Below, in pieces: positions 1 to 11,100 of a DNA stretch of 64,000 bases. The stretch's first letter is position 1; the number at the start of each line of letters is the position of its first letter. Both the position numbers and the translations under genes were made by a program. The notes below the pieces were generated by a model. That model did no database searches. It saw only the letters and a list, made by a program, of their open reading frames with translations, and had not been told where the DNA came from. Source of the stretch: an uncultured candidatus Porisulfidus sp. (lineage in GTDB: Bacteria > Pseudomonadota > Gammaproteobacteria > Poriferisulfidales > Oxydemutatoraceae); the NCBI GenBank assembly GCA_965200865.1, contig CBDAVG010000002.1, forward strand, positions 1,746,712-1,810,711, in the 5' to 3' direction.

Positions 1-127
1 CGTCTTTATATGGCAATGATAATTTGAGCAATAACTCGGGATGTTCGTTGAAAAAATCAGTATGCCGAGTTAGAAAGTCTATGACCTGTTGTTCGTCTAT
101 ATTCGTAGTTTTATTCTTTGCTACCAT
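1..127 (-). CDS. DUF484 (YigA-like) family protein, N-terminal part only; it runs off the window start
   Basis: The reverse strand reads MVAKNKTTNIDEQQVIDFLTRHTDFFNEHPELLLKLSLPYKD. Its ATG sits 4 bp from the dapF stop, and dapF-yigA is conserved synteny in gammaproteobacteria. Confidence 0.55.
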   Translation of the reverse strand, partial: MVAKNKTTNIDEQQVIDFLTRHTDFFNEHPELLLKLSLPYKD

Positions 128-130
128 AAG

Positions 131-994
131 TTATATCTTAACAAGACCCTCAAAAACCGATTCTGCTGGTCCGACTAGTTTAATTCTATCCTTCTCAAAT
201 CGTATGTTCAACAACCCTCCGGCTAATTGTACCGGCACCCAATCAAGGGTTTGAGGGATCCATCCTTGGACATGGGCGATCACCGCAATCGCACAAGCAC
301 CACTTCCGCATGATGGAGTTTCACCTGCACCGCGTTCGTAGACTCGTGCATGCAAAACATCGTCTCGTACTTCCACAAAAGACACATTGACGCTGGCCGG
401 GAAACAGCTATGTGTTTGTAAAACCGCACCTATCTCGGCAATCGGCACTGAGTTTATATCTTCAACTTTAATGACCGCATGAGGATTACCGAACGATACA
501 GTTCCAAAGCAAATTTCTAGTGCGGCAGATTTAACCGTGTACATTTTCTTTTCTATCCGTTCACCGACCGCAAGCAATCCTATAGGGTTAAACGGAATAA
601 GTTCAGGAGCAAACACCGCCGCCCCCATATCAACCGCAATGCTATTATCGTCTTGGATGGTGATCTCTATGATGCGCTCTACCGTGCGAACTCGTATTGT
701 TTTCTTATCGGTCAGTCCTTTTTCGCTAACAAAGCGAGCCACACACCGCGCGCCGTTGCCACATTGAGCCGACTCGCTACCGTCGTCGGCATTATAGATG
801 CGATAGTCAAAATCAACACCTGGTTGCGAAGGATTATCTATTATTAATAGTTGATCAAAACCAATGCCAGTGCGACGATCCGCCCATCGGCGAATAGATT
901 TTTCATCTATGGCAAACGGAGTAGAATAGTCGCAGCCATTAATTAGCATAAAATCATTTCCGCAACCGTGCATTTTTGTAAATTTGATGTTCAT
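131..994 (-). CDS. dapF: diaminopimelate epimerase
   Basis: The 287 aa product has MHGCGNDFMLI at the N-terminus and the QCGNGARC and ERGAGET..CGSGACA active-site Cys motifs, and aligns over its full length with E. coli DapF. Confidence 0.93.
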   Translation of the reverse strand: MNIKFTKMHGCGNDFMLINGCDYSTPFAIDEKSIRRWADRRTGIGFDQLLIIDNPSQPGVDFDYRIYNADDGSESAQCGNGARCVARFVSEKGLTDKKTIRVRTVERIIEITIQDDNSIAVDMGAAVFAPELIPFNPIGLLAVGERIEKKMYTVKSAALEICFGTVSFGNPHAVIKVEDINSVPIAEIGAVLQTHSCFPASVNVSFVEVRDDVLHARVYERGAGETPSCGSGACAIAVIAHVQGWIPQTLDWVPVQLAGGLLNIRFEKDRIKLVGPAESVFEGLVKI

Positions 995-1084
995 GTATGC
1001 TATGTAAATAATACGGGTGTCGGCTTCTCGCTGTGGTGCTTATAAATCAATAAAGCAATTTTATACTACTTTGTGGCACTAAGT

Positions 1085-1480
1085 GAAACTGTTGAAAAAG
1101 TACCGCTACTGCATGAACCTAATCACTTGCGCCATTGAATTTATGATAACCTCCTGTAGGGGAGGGCTAACATGCCCTCCCTAAAGTACCGTATTGCACA
1201 GGCATAACCGCTATGCGCCATAAGATTATGGTTTACGTAAATTTGATGGATGAATGGATTGTTTGTGCAGATGCAACGCGTTTCGGGAGGGCATGTGGGG
1301 CTGTTGAAAAAGTACCGTCATGCACCGTAGGGGGTAATTGTCTAGTGCAGAACCGCCACAACCACCCCGTCAGGCTTCGCCTGCCACCCCTCCAAAGGAG
1401 GGGAATGTACCAGTGCAGGCACTTTTTCAACAGTCCGATGTTAGCCCTCCCCTACGGTGCATGAAATACTTTTTCATAGG
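1085..1480. repeat. REP/MITE-like composite palindromic repeat cluster 1
   Basis: It contains units gggrctgttgaaaaagtaccgtcat, ctgtaggggagggctaacatg, ccaccccgtcaggcttcgcctgccacccctccaaaggaggggaatg and gttagccctcccctacggtg, which recur throughout the window. Confidence 0.8.
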
Positions 1481-1533
1481 TTGATATACCTTTATAATAA
1501 GCAACATTATTTCATCTTAATTCCCGTGTACAA

Positions 1534-2424
1534 ATGAAAGACATCAGAGATATTAAATGCGTCGGCTTGATTCTTAAATATAGCGAGCGTAGCAAAACGC
1601 AGGCAGTGGCAAAACGTTTGAGTGATTATCTGTTGCAACGCTTTGACTCTATCGTTGTGCGAGAGGAGGACAGAGCTATCACGCTTGATCAAGAAGGCAT
1701 AAGGTTTGTATCCACCGAGCAATTCAGACAACAGTGCGAGCTTGCCTTTTCTATAGGTGGCGACGGTACTTTATTACAAGCGAGCCATCTATGTAGCGAG
1801 CATGATATTCCTATCGTCGGTATCAACTTGGGACGATTAGGATTTCTCGTAGAGATATCGCCGGATGATTTTCACAACCGACTGGATGCTATCTTTGCAG
1901 GCGACTATCGCATAGAAGAGAGAATTATGCTTGAAGTAATGTTACACGGTAGTGAGGGCGGCACCGAAAACTTTATCGCTTGCAACGATGTTACAATGCG
2001 CAACAAAAACACTGTGCGTATGCTTGAGTTAGATACACAAGTAGACGAGGTTTATCTGAATACCATACATGGCGACGGGCTTATTATTTCTACACCCACA
2101 GGTTCAACCGCCTATGCTCTGGCAAGCGGCGGGCCGCTACTAGAGCCGACCATGGAAGCAATACTTTTGGTGCCTATCTGTCCGCACACGCTGAGCCAAA
2201 GACCATTGGTCATAGATGCAAAAAAAGTTATAGAAGTTTCGGTAACCGAAAGGTACCACAGCGATGCGGTCGTGGCTATAGATGGTCAAATAACTCGCAA
2301 TCTTGAAACCGGCAATAAAATTGCTATCAGACGCTTTTCTCATAAACTAAAATTGATACAAACACTGGAGCATGATTATTTCACCACTCTGAGAAATAAA
2401 CTCATGTGGAGTGCCAAACCTTAG
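1534..2424 (+). CDS. nadK: NAD+ kinase
   Basis: GGDGTLL, NDVTM and DGLIISTPTGSTAY motifs; 296 aa. Confidence 0.92.
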   Translation: MKDIRDIKCVGLILKYSERSKTQAVAKRLSDYLLQRFDSIVVREEDRAITLDQEGIRFVSTEQFRQQCELAFSIGGDGTLLQASHLCSEHDIPIVGINLGRLGFLVEISPDDFHNRLDAIFAGDYRIEERIMLEVMLHGSEGGTENFIACNDVTMRNKNTVRMLELDTQVDEVYLNTIHGDGLIISTPTGSTAYALASGGPLLEPTMEAILLVPICPHTLSQRPLVIDAKKVIEVSVTERYHSDAVVAIDGQITRNLETGNKIAIRRFSHKLKLIQTLEHDYFTTLRNKLMWSAKP

Positions 2425-4105
2425 ACTAATGCTTAGTGCATTAACGATAGAGAATTTCTTAATCGTAGAACGAATAGAAGTCTATTTTGAACGCGGCATG
2501 ACGGTTCTGACCGGCGAAACCGGTACCGGGAAGTCTATACTCATAGACGCGTTAGAACTTGCTTTGGGTAGACGTGCGCAAAGCCATCTGGTACGCCCCG
2601 GCGCCAACAAACTCTCAGTAAGTATTGGTCTAGACCTCACCAAACAGCCGGATGCAGCCCAATGGCTTGAAGAACGAAGCATGGACAGCGAGGGAATCGA
2701 CTGTATTATCAGAAGAGTTATAAATGTTGAGGGTCGTTCTCAAGCATTCATCAATGGGGCACTTTCAACCCTGGAACAGCTAAGAGAATTCACAGCACTA
2801 TTGATAGATGTAGTCGGTCAAAACAATCAGCAACAGCTATTGGATCGTTCGCGTCATTTGGCTTTATTAGACCTATACAGCAACCATGAACCGCAGTTGG
2901 CGGAAATGCAAACTATCTATAAAAAATGGAAAACGATTGCCGATCAATTAAACCATAAACAGCAACAATCGCAAGAAATGGAAATTAGACATCAATGGCT
3001 ACTACAACAATGTGAAGAATTAGAACGGGCAGAGGTTAAACCGGGTGAGTTTGAACACATAGAACAGGAGCATCGCGTACTTTCACAAAAGGAAAAACTC
3101 AAACAGGCACTCTCTACAGCTCACCATGCCTTAGATGACGAATCTCACCAAAACGCGATACGCCTACTAGGTGTTGCACATAGGGAACTTCAATCTTTAG
3201 GTGAAATAGATCCTAATTTACGAGAAATCGTTGGACTGATTGACAACGCCCTTGAACACAGCAATAACGCAACACATGAGATCGAACAATATCTAGACCG
3301 TATAGATACGGCACAAGGCGATTTTGAAGCATTGGAAAAACGTCTTGCCACCTTGACCGAACTTGCCCGCAAATATAAAACAAATGCGGAACTATTACCT
3401 GAGAAACTGGAACAAACCCGTGCCGAGTTAAAGGCATTGGACGATCCCGAACAAAGTATAGAGCAACTTCAGAACAAAAAATCAGCACTGGAAGACGATT
3501 ATAAAAAAATTGCTGGCAAAGTGAGCCACACCCGAAAACAGTCTGCACAAATACTGGAAAAAGAAGTATTAGAATTGCTAAAACAACTGAATATGCCACA
3601 AGCACAATTCCAAATAAACTTTAGTGCCTTGGATTCCTCTGACCCTACCCCAAACGGCACTGAACGCATTGAATATATGCTGTGCGCCAATCCCGGACAG
3701 AAACTGCAGAGCTTAGCAAAAGCGGCATCGGGTGGAGAGCGATCTCGTATCAGTTTGGCACTACAGGTCGCACTTTCTAATCAGCGCATGGTGCCAGTGC
3801 TTATATTTGATGAAGTTGATAGCGGGGTCGGCGGTGCTACTGCAGAAATTGTCGGTCGCCTACTGAGAAAGTTATCTACCCAAGCGCAAGTGTTTTGCAT
3901 TACACATCTAGCTCAAATCGCAAGTCAAGCAGATCGTCATTTCTATGTGCAGAAAAACGCCAAAAACAAAACCACATCAGTATCACTGAGCAAATTGGAC
4001 AAACAGCTCAGGTTGCAAGAACTTGCACGAATGATAGCGGGTACGAAAATCAGCGAGCAATCGTTAGCACACGCCAAACAGATGCTTGAAGCGCATACCC
4101 AGTAG
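2411..4105 (+). CDS. recN: DNA repair protein RecN
   Basis: N-terminal Walker A GETGTGKS, a central coiled coil, and C-terminal LSGGERSRISLAL signature plus Walker B LIFDEVD. It overlaps the nadK 3' end by 14 bp. Confidence 0.93.
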   Translation: MPNLRLMLSALTIENFLIVERIEVYFERGMTVLTGETGTGKSILIDALELALGRRAQSHLVRPGANKLSVSIGLDLTKQPDAAQWLEERSMDSEGIDCIIRRVINVEGRSQAFINGALSTLEQLREFTALLIDVVGQNNQQQLLDRSRHLALLDLYSNHEPQLAEMQTIYKKWKTIADQLNHKQQQSQEMEIRHQWLLQQCEELERAEVKPGEFEHIEQEHRVLSQKEKLKQALSTAHHALDDESHQNAIRLLGVAHRELQSLGEIDPNLREIVGLIDNALEHSNNATHEIEQYLDRIDTAQGDFEALEKRLATLTELARKYKTNAELLPEKLEQTRAELKALDDPEQSIEQLQNKKSALEDDYKKIAGKVSHTRKQSAQILEKEVLELLKQLNMPQAQFQINFSALDSSDPTPNGTERIEYMLCANPGQKLQSLAKAASGGERSRISLALQVALSNQRMVPVLIFDEVDSGVGGATAEIVGRLLRKLSTQAQVFCITHLAQIASQADRHFYVQKNAKNKTTSVSLSKLDKQLRLQELARMIAGTKISEQSLAHAKQMLEAHTQ

Positions 4106-4117
4106 GAACAAACCATT

Positions 4118-4262
4118 CGGGGCTGTTAAAAAAGTACCGTCATCAAACAAACAGAACCGCTTGCACCACCGAATTATGGTTGCCGTAAATAAAATGGTGA
4201 AAGATACTGGTTATGCGGTTGGCACAACACATTTGAGCGTACAGCAAGACCGTCTCAACCTG
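4118..4262. repeat. REP-like repeat cluster 2
   Basis: ggggctgttaaaaaagtaccgtcat and gaaccgcttgcacc...attatggttgccgtaaat units shared with other clusters. Confidence 0.6.
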
Positions 4263-4292
4263 CTATAATATAGATAAAGAGTAAGAGAAAAT

Positions 4293-4520
4293 GTGAATCA
4301 TCATAAAAAGGAGAAAATTATGGATATAGTTTATGAAGCACTTAAAAAAACAGGAATGACCGACAATGAAGCACATGAGGTTGCTTCAAAAATCAATAGG
4401 CAAGATGATTTAGCGACTAAGGCAGATTTAGCTGAGTTAAAGGCAGAGATATTTAAGATGCAATTTGTGATTGCTTTTTTGATTATTGCTGCGGTAGGAT
4501 TGATAATTAAATTTGTGTAG
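4293..4520 (+). CDS. DUF1640-like small coiled-coil protein with a C-terminal transmembrane helix
   Basis: LATKADLAELKAEI coiled-coil motif followed by a hydrophobic tail. It is a paralog of the ORF at 62525..62779. Confidence 0.6.
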   Translation: MNHHKKEKIMDIVYEALKKTGMTDNEAHEVASKINRQDDLATKADLAELKAEIFKMQFVIAFLIIAAVGLIIKFV

Positions 4521-4655
4521 TTACCGAACGCGTTGCGTCTGCACAAGGCAATTCCCCTCCTGTGGAGGGGTGGCAGGCGCAGCCTGATGGGGTGGTTGTG
4601 TCAGTTCTCCACAATGTTACGCCGATTGACCTACTGACTCAATCGGTGTTTTGAT
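4521..4655. repeat. REP-like repeat cluster 3
   Basis: Palindrome cccctcctgtggaggggtggcaggcgcagcctgatggggtgg plus a gccgattgacctactgactcaatcggtg hairpin. Confidence 0.75.
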
Positions 4656-5073
4656 TCAGATATTTACAATTTTTAGCAGTGCAGTCAACATACATCACCA
4701 AGGAATGGTCGGTGAGTGTAAAACCGTGTTTCTTGGCAATAGATTCTTGGCGTTTTTCTATGGTTTGATCAACGAATTCCACTATTCTACCGCACTGGGT
4801 ACAAACCATGTGGTCGTGATGTTCACCTCGGTTAATCTCATAACAGGCTTGTCCCTTTTGTAGATAGCGACGTAGTATCAGTCCGGATGCTTCAAATTGG
4901 GCAAGCACATTATAGATAGTTGCCAAACCGACATTCTCTCCCTTTAGGGTCAACTTGCGGTGTATATGCTCGGCGGTTACATGGCGAGAGTCTGCTCCCT
5001 CCATGATTTCCAGTATTTTGATTCGCGGCACCGTGACCTTAAGTCCTGCCCGTTTTATATCTTGCTGGTTCAT
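4639..5073 (-). CDS. fur: ferric uptake regulator
   Basis: Winged-helix N-terminus, HHDHMVCTQCGRIVEF metal-binding motifs, 144 aa, divergent from bamE as in other gammaproteobacteria. Confidence 0.9.
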   Translation of the reverse strand: MNQQDIKRAGLKVTVPRIKILEIMEGADSRHVTAEHIHRKLTLKGENVGLATIYNVLAQFEASGLILRRYLQKGQACYEINRGEHHDHMVCTQCGRIVEFVDQTIEKRQESIAKKHGFTLTDHSLVMYVDCTAKNCKYLNQNTD

Positions 5074-5114
5074 AATTCCTTACTAATTTAAGCTGTTTAT
5101 ATTATCATTGTGCA

Positions 5115-5525
5115 ATGGGCAAACCAAATTTTAAGCTAATTATCGCAATTTTAAGTATATTGCTATGTTCTTGTGGCAGTGAATTGACTGAGGAGTCAAC
5201 CGGATTTTTTACCCGCCTATTCAACCCCGACACTTATAAACTCTATAGAATCGAGATTACGCAAGGCAATATACTGGAGCAATCAAAGGTTGCACAAATA
5301 AAAACAGGTATGAATAAAAATCAGGTGATCTATCTGCTGGGGGAACCAGTGTTGCCGACCGTCTTTCACGATGACCGCTGGGATTATGTTTATTACAGCA
5401 ATCCTTCAAACGAAGAAATAGAGCTTTATCGTCTGACATTGTTTTTCGACGGCAGCCGCATAGAACGTTTGCGAAAAACAAAAAATCTTGTTGAAAATAG
5501 ATCCACAGAAACCAACAAAAACTAG
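5115..5525 (+). CDS. bamE: outer membrane protein assembly factor BamE (SmpA/OmlA lipoprotein)
   Basis: Lipoprotein signal with LLCSCG lipobox, a BamE-like core (ITQGNILEQSKVAQIKTGMNKNQVIYLLGEP), and the classic fur-omlA arrangement. Confidence 0.85.
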   Translation: MGKPNFKLIIAILSILLCSCGSELTEESTGFFTRLFNPDTYKLYRIEITQGNILEQSKVAQIKTGMNKNQVIYLLGEPVLPTVFHDDRWDYVYYSNPSNEEIELYRLTLFFDGSRIERLRKTKNLVENRSTETNKN

Positions 5526-5812
5526 ACATACTTGAATGCGCGCCGGCGACGGGCATCTTGTGGAGAACACTCCAAGGGACGATAAATCTCTACGCGATCA
5601 CCTTCGTTAAGCGTTGTATCTAAGGACACTTTTCGACCGAAGATGCCGACCGCAGGTTGTGTTATGTTGATTTCTGGAAACTCCTCTAATAAACCCGATT
5701 GATGAATTGCATCTATGACTCGCATCGCCGGCTTGAAGCCAATATGTACCACCTTTTGGCTGTGCGCCGAGGCATAAACAATCTCTATTTGCCCTTCAGT
5801 CGGGCGTTCCAT
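5522..5812 (-). CDS. RnfH family protein (YfjF/RatB-like)
   Basis: Aligns with E. coli YfjF, including the GDRVEIYRPL motif. The start is taken at the internal Met MERPTEG rather than the upstream ORF start. Confidence 0.85.
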   Translation of the reverse strand: MERPTEGQIEIVYASAHSQKVVHIGFKPAMRVIDAIHQSGLLEEFPEINITQPAVGIFGRKVSLDTTLNEGDRVEIYRPLECSPQDARRRRAFKYV

Positions 5813-6239
5813 ATTTTTGCTTTGCACGCACACGAAAAGCATCCAACAAAGATGTCGACACTTCGTTAAAGACTCGTTTGACCAGTAAGTTCTTCAAGGA
5901 TTTTCTAAACTCGTAATCCAATTGAAAGATGACTTTACAACCGTCTTCTCCCAAAGAATTGAAATACCAACAGCCGCGCAAACGGCTAAAGGGACCATCC
6001 GCCAATTTCATTTCTACGGATTGATCGGGTGTATTGGTATTGATAGTCGTAAAAGACAAATCTACGGTTTTCTTATAAAGTATTCCCAACCGCACTTTAA
6101 CTGAGTTTTGGTCTAAGGTTTCAGAGTCAACGCGGTTACACCATGAAATGAATTCGGGATAGCTTTTCACATCAGTAACTAAATCGTACATCTGGCGGCA
6201 AGTGTACGGTACTATTGCCTCGCGTGCAATACGACTCAT
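5796..6239 (-). CDS. ratA: SRPBCC-family ribosome association toxin RatA / COQ10-like
   Basis: VPYTCRQMYDLVTDVKSYPEFISWC N-terminus aligns with E. coli RatA, and it lies adjacent to rnfH and smpB as expected. Confidence 0.85.
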   Translation of the reverse strand: MSRIAREAIVPYTCRQMYDLVTDVKSYPEFISWCNRVDSETLDQNSVKVRLGILYKKTVDLSFTTINTNTPDQSVEMKLADGPFSRLRGCWYFNSLGEDGCKVIFQLDYEFRKSLKNLLVKRVFNEVSTSLLDAFRVRAKQKYGTPD

Positions 6240-6246
6240 TGACCAC

Positions 6247-7608
6247 CTAACTCATCCAATTAGCAATCATAATAGCCAATATCAAGATCGGACAAAAATA
6301 GCGGACACTCCATCGCCAGACCTGATAATACAACTCGGAACTTAGACCAAATTGTTCTCTGCTTGCTGTCGCAGGCAAAAACCAACCGGCAAACAGGATA
6401 ATCAGTAGCCCGCCCAAGGGTAGCGTGATATTGGTGGTGAATTTATCCAGTAAATCAAACGGTGTCATTCCTCCTAGTTTGACCTCTTGCCATATATTGA
6501 AAGAAAAGACGGTGGCAAAGCCCAACAACCAAATCGAACCGGCAACGATTGCGGCAGCTTGGCCGCGTGTCCAACGGGTATGTTTTATCAACCACGCAAC
6601 GGCAGGTTCCAGCAATGATAATGCCGAAGTCCAGGCAGCGATAAAAAGCAGTACGAAAAATATGAAGCCTACTAAATTACCTCCGGGCATTTGTGAGAAA
6701 GCGATAGGGAGAGTCTTGAAAATCAAGCCTGGTCCTGCTGCCGGCTCTAGGCTAAAGGAAAACAAAATAGGAAAAATCATCAAGCCGGCAAGAATAGCAA
6801 CCAGAGTATCGGCTACAACGATGGTAGCAGTTGTGCTTAATAGCGGTACTCGGTTCGGTAGATAAGAGCCATAAATCATTACTGCTCCCATGCCGATACT
6901 CAATGAAAAAAATGCCTGCCCTAAAGCAACTATAACCATCTCGGCACTGATATCATCCCATCTGAATTCAAATAGAAAGCGTAAGGCCTTCCCCATCTCG
7001 GCGTTATAAGAATTGTAGATAATGATTGCGATTATCAGCAGTAGCAACAACGGCATAAAATAAGAGACTACTTTCCCTATGCCGGCATTGATGTTGCGCA
7101 TAAATACGATTGCAGTGATGAGCATAAATAAGCTGTGCCATAAAATCATGCGACCAGGATTTGCGATGAGTTCGCCGAAGATACCCGCAATGCCTTCGAC
7201 CGATTGATTTTCAAAAGCACCTTGCGCTGAATTGAGTATATAAAACACCAGCCACCCGGCGATCACGCTATAGAAGGATAGAATCAAAACACCCGTTATA
7301 ATCCCCATCAAACCGATTATTTTCCAGAATGAGCTGGTTCCATATTTTGAGCGAAAACTTGTAAAAACATCTATGGTGTTGTTTTTCCCTAAACGACCTA
7401 GCATGACCTCGCTCAGCATTACCGGCAAGCCCATCGCCAATACAAAGAATATATAAAGCAACACGAAAGCACCGCCACCGTATTCTCCGGTGACATAAGG
7501 GAAACGCCATATATTGCCCAAACCGACCGCCGAGCCGGTTACTGCCATAATAAAAACGAAGCGAGAACCCCATTGGCTATGTATATAGTGGTTATCGTTT
7601 GCTTGCAT
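6247..7608 (-). CDS. sodium-dependent transporter, SNF/NSS family
   Basis: GLGNIWRFPY signature near the N-terminus and about 12 predicted transmembrane segments; 453 aa. Confidence 0.85.
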   Translation of the reverse strand: MQANDNHYIHSQWGSRFVFIMAVTGSAVGLGNIWRFPYVTGEYGGGAFVLLYIFFVLAMGLPVMLSEVMLGRLGKNNTIDVFTSFRSKYGTSSFWKIIGLMGIITGVLILSFYSVIAGWLVFYILNSAQGAFENQSVEGIAGIFGELIANPGRMILWHSLFMLITAIVFMRNINAGIGKVVSYFMPLLLLLIIAIIIYNSYNAEMGKALRFLFEFRWDDISAEMVIVALGQAFFSLSIGMGAVMIYGSYLPNRVPLLSTTATIVVADTLVAILAGLMIFPILFSFSLEPAAGPGLIFKTLPIAFSQMPGGNLVGFIFFVLLFIAAWTSALSLLEPAVAWLIKHTRWTRGQAAAIVAGSIWLLGFATVFSFNIWQEVKLGGMTPFDLLDKFTTNITLPLGGLLIILFAGWFLPATASREQFGLSSELYYQVWRWSVRYFCPILILAIMIANWMS

Positions 7609-7661
7609 TGGATAAAATATGAATTAGTAAATTGAAAATGAGGCTATATTATAGTAGAACC

Positions 7662-8132
7662 ATGAAATCTAACAAAATAAAGAGAAACAAAACGGCACAT
7701 AACCCTAAAGCGATGCGCGACTATTTCATAGACGAGCGTATAGAAGCGGGGATTGTACTCGATGGCTGGGAAGTTAAAAGCCTAAGAGCTAATCGCATAC
7801 AACTAAAAGAAAGCTATGTGATATTAAAAGATAACGAGGCGTGGTTGATCAATGCGCATATCAGTCCGCTGCCAAGCGTAAGCAATCCGCAAGCAAACCC
7901 TACTCGCACCCGCAAGTTATTACTCAATCGCCGTGAACTGCGTAGCTTGCAAGGAAAGCTCACGCGCAAAGGCTACACCCTAATACCACTAGATTTGCAT
8001 TGGAAAAATAACTGCGCCAAACTTCAACTGGGAGTCGGTAAAGGAAAGCACAAATACGATAAACGCATGGCTGAACGCAACCGCAGTTGGAACATGGAAA
8101 AGCGCAGATTACAAAAGACGCTACATAAATAG
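7662..8132 (+). CDS. smpB: SsrA-binding protein
   Basis: DYFIDERIEAGIVLDGWEVKSLRA and the C-terminal basic tail are typical of SmpB. The start is moved to MKSNK, 10 codons inside the listed ORF. Confidence 0.92.
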   Translation: MKSNKIKRNKTAHNPKAMRDYFIDERIEAGIVLDGWEVKSLRANRIQLKESYVILKDNEAWLINAHISPLPSVSNPQANPTRTRKLLLNRRELRSLQGKLTRKGYTLIPLDLHWKNNCAKLQLGVGKGKHKYDKRMAERNRSWNMEKRRLQKTLHK

Positions 8133-8158
8133 ACCGACGTTCTACTGTTTCAGCGGAG

Positions 8159-11100
8159 CTACTGGAGGGGGCCTTCTAGAAACACTCTGGAGCGTATTCT
8201 AAGTACTGGACGGGTCGTATAAATACGCCCTACCGAATTAACAGTCTTTTCATATCCTTGACGATCAGTGTAGGTCACTCTTGCGCGAAATCTGTTACCT
8301 TCTACCAAAATGCTACTATCGCGTATTACATATGGTGTTACGGTAGCCGAAGAGATATCACTATACGCATCATCCAGAGAACAATCCACAGCATCATCAC
8401 TTCCCCTACATACTTGCCATTGATAAGTCATCTCTGATGATGTATCAATGCCACCGTCGGGATCTGGGACTAATATGCTCGCCGTTAGTGTCGTTTCGCC
8501 ACTTCCCACATCTATAGAAACCCCAAAAGTAGCATCATCATTATCATTCTTACGCACCACTACTGATACCATTGTAGATACAGCTTCACCATTGCCGTCG
8601 CTCACACGCACACTCAACTCCAATGTCTGTTGCATTATGGTGTCACTCTCTATCAAATAGTCGGGTAGGGGAAAACTTACTTGCTGATCATTAGGTAGGG
8701 GAGGTATTCCGCTATGCCCACTGATCACGCTCCAACTATGAGTCAATCTATCGTTGTTTTCATCGGTTGCAGTAACGGTTATGGTCACATCATCACCCTC
8801 TTCTATTGGTGGTGATGGTGGGTCGTCGGTAATCATAATTCTACTAATAACTGGCGCGATGTTGTCTATCGTAATCACATCATTAGATCGAATAGTCTCC
8901 GATTGTCCTATGTTATCTAGAAATGTCACTACTAATGTATATGTTGTGCCTGCAGTTCGTCCGTTGTTAGGTATCGTATAGGTATTATTTTCGGTTTCCA
9001 AATCTAGGGTGTTGCCTCTATACCATTGATATGTACTGCTTACGATACGACCGTTGTCATCCGAAACCCCTGTTGTATCTCCCTCCAGTTGCCATATATT
9101 AGTGTTATTCCGCGTTATCACCACCGGGCCACTTGATGGCGCATCTACTAAAAATGTGAAGGTCGCCCGGGCTGTGCCACCATGGCTGTCATCTGCCAAT
9201 ATGGTTATCGTGAAACCCATTGTGTTTGTGCTTGCATCTGCAGGTGTGAATATCAATATGCCGTTGCTGAGGTTAGGCATTAAGCTATCCGGAACTCTCG
9301 CAGTACTGTCAATACTATATGTTAGGGTATCGTTGTCGGCATCGCTAAAGAGTCTGCTGGTTTCTAGTCTAAATAGTTCTCCTACTGTTGCCACCAACGG
9401 TTCTGTTGGCATAGTCGCTTCTGGTGGTGTATTGACACGCACCGACAAGTCATTACTAACACTTGATCCCATGCTATCAGTTGCAGTAAAGGTAATCGTT
9501 GCCATGCCTCTTCTCAAAGCGTTTAGTGTGAAGGTTCTAGGCATGTTATCGGTTATACCGGTAAATGCCGACGGTGAGACTGATACGACAGTCGGAGTCG
9601 ATGACACCGCCATCAATGTGACGCTATCGCCCACATCAAAATTATTGTCCGCTACTGAGACTATGATATTGATCATATCCATGGGTGGTGATAGCGTTTG
9701 ATCTTCCGATGGTGTAATCGTAATGATCGGCTCAGTGTTTTCTTCTACCGTCACTGCAAATGGTAAAGAGGCCATAGAGTTTGTTTCTCCTAGACGGTCG
9801 TCCACCGTCACAGTAATCACTGCCCTGCCTGGTTCTAAACCGCTAATCTCGATCACTCGGGTGGCACCATTGCTACTGATAATCGTTGCGGTCGCAATCA
9901 TACTGTCTTCGGATGTAATCCTTATATCAAGATCGTCGCCATCAACATCGTTCACTACGACACTCAATGTGGTGCTGGTATCCTCAAGTAATCTTAAGGT
10001 TTGAGGGAAAGTGGTCATAATCGTCGGTGTGGTGTTTTCTCCAAAACTAACAGTCAGCAAAACTTCATCGGATCTTGCATTACCAAAACCGCTATTATCT
10101 TTTGCTACCAATCTCAGTTGGGTCACTGACTCGGGAACTCTGATCCTTAGGTCAATCGTCCTTTGAACAGTACCGGTCGGAATACTCAGCGCGCTAGTGG
10201 TATCTAACTCTACGATATTTTGATCTTCGTCGAACGCATCTAGTTTTACGATTATATCGTCGTTTATATTATTATCGGACACCGTTACACTTACACTAAG
10301 TATTGCCTCTTCCTCTTCTTCTTCTGCTACGAGTACAATTACACTGCCATCTCTTGGGGATATAATTTCAGGTTGGGCGTTTTTCTGACCCGGTAACAAG
10401 CTACGACAAGGAGGCAACGGTGTTGCCTCACCAGTATCATCACAGGCATCCACATTGGTAACCTCGTTATACAGCAGCTTTGGATAACTCCTTCTATCGC
10501 CGAAATCCCAATCGTCCTTACTCCAAGTATAGTAAATCTCACCTACTACTGCGCTTGGCGTGGTTGGCCTTCGCAATGCTCTGGCAGTTTGAGGTGTGCC
10601 GTAGAGGCGCGTAGAGGCGGAGACCTCGTCATTAACCGTACTATTCCAATAACTACTCTCCACAACTAATCCGCCTGCTCTATTTCCGATTAAACCCCCA
10701 GTTTGCTCACTATCCGTAGCAGCACTTGTCGCTTTAGCAGTTGAGTAGCTGTTGCGAATGCTACCTGAACCGAATAATCCAGCAACAAGACCTCCCACAG
10801 CTCGGTTTGCTTGTGTAGTGGTTATATGAGCAGATCCCATTGAATAACTATTGATAATAGGTCCTTGATTCTCACCCACCAAACCACCGCCTCCCCTTAA
10901 TCCGGTAACCATAGCATCCGCATAGCTGTTGATAATTCTGCCAAAGTTGAAACCACAGATACCACCAACAAAACGCATTTTTGAGGTGACAGTGCCACGC
11001 ACATAACTGTTGATAATTAATGCACCCGACAGGCTTACGCCGACTAAGCCACCGATAGTATTACTTTCTCCTTCAACAATACCTCTGTCAACATAGACAT

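Noticed and set aside
24-254. A 76 aa + strand ORF at the window start.
   Set aside because: It overlaps the dapF 3' end and the DUF484 gene start on the opposite strand, and both of those have strong homology support.
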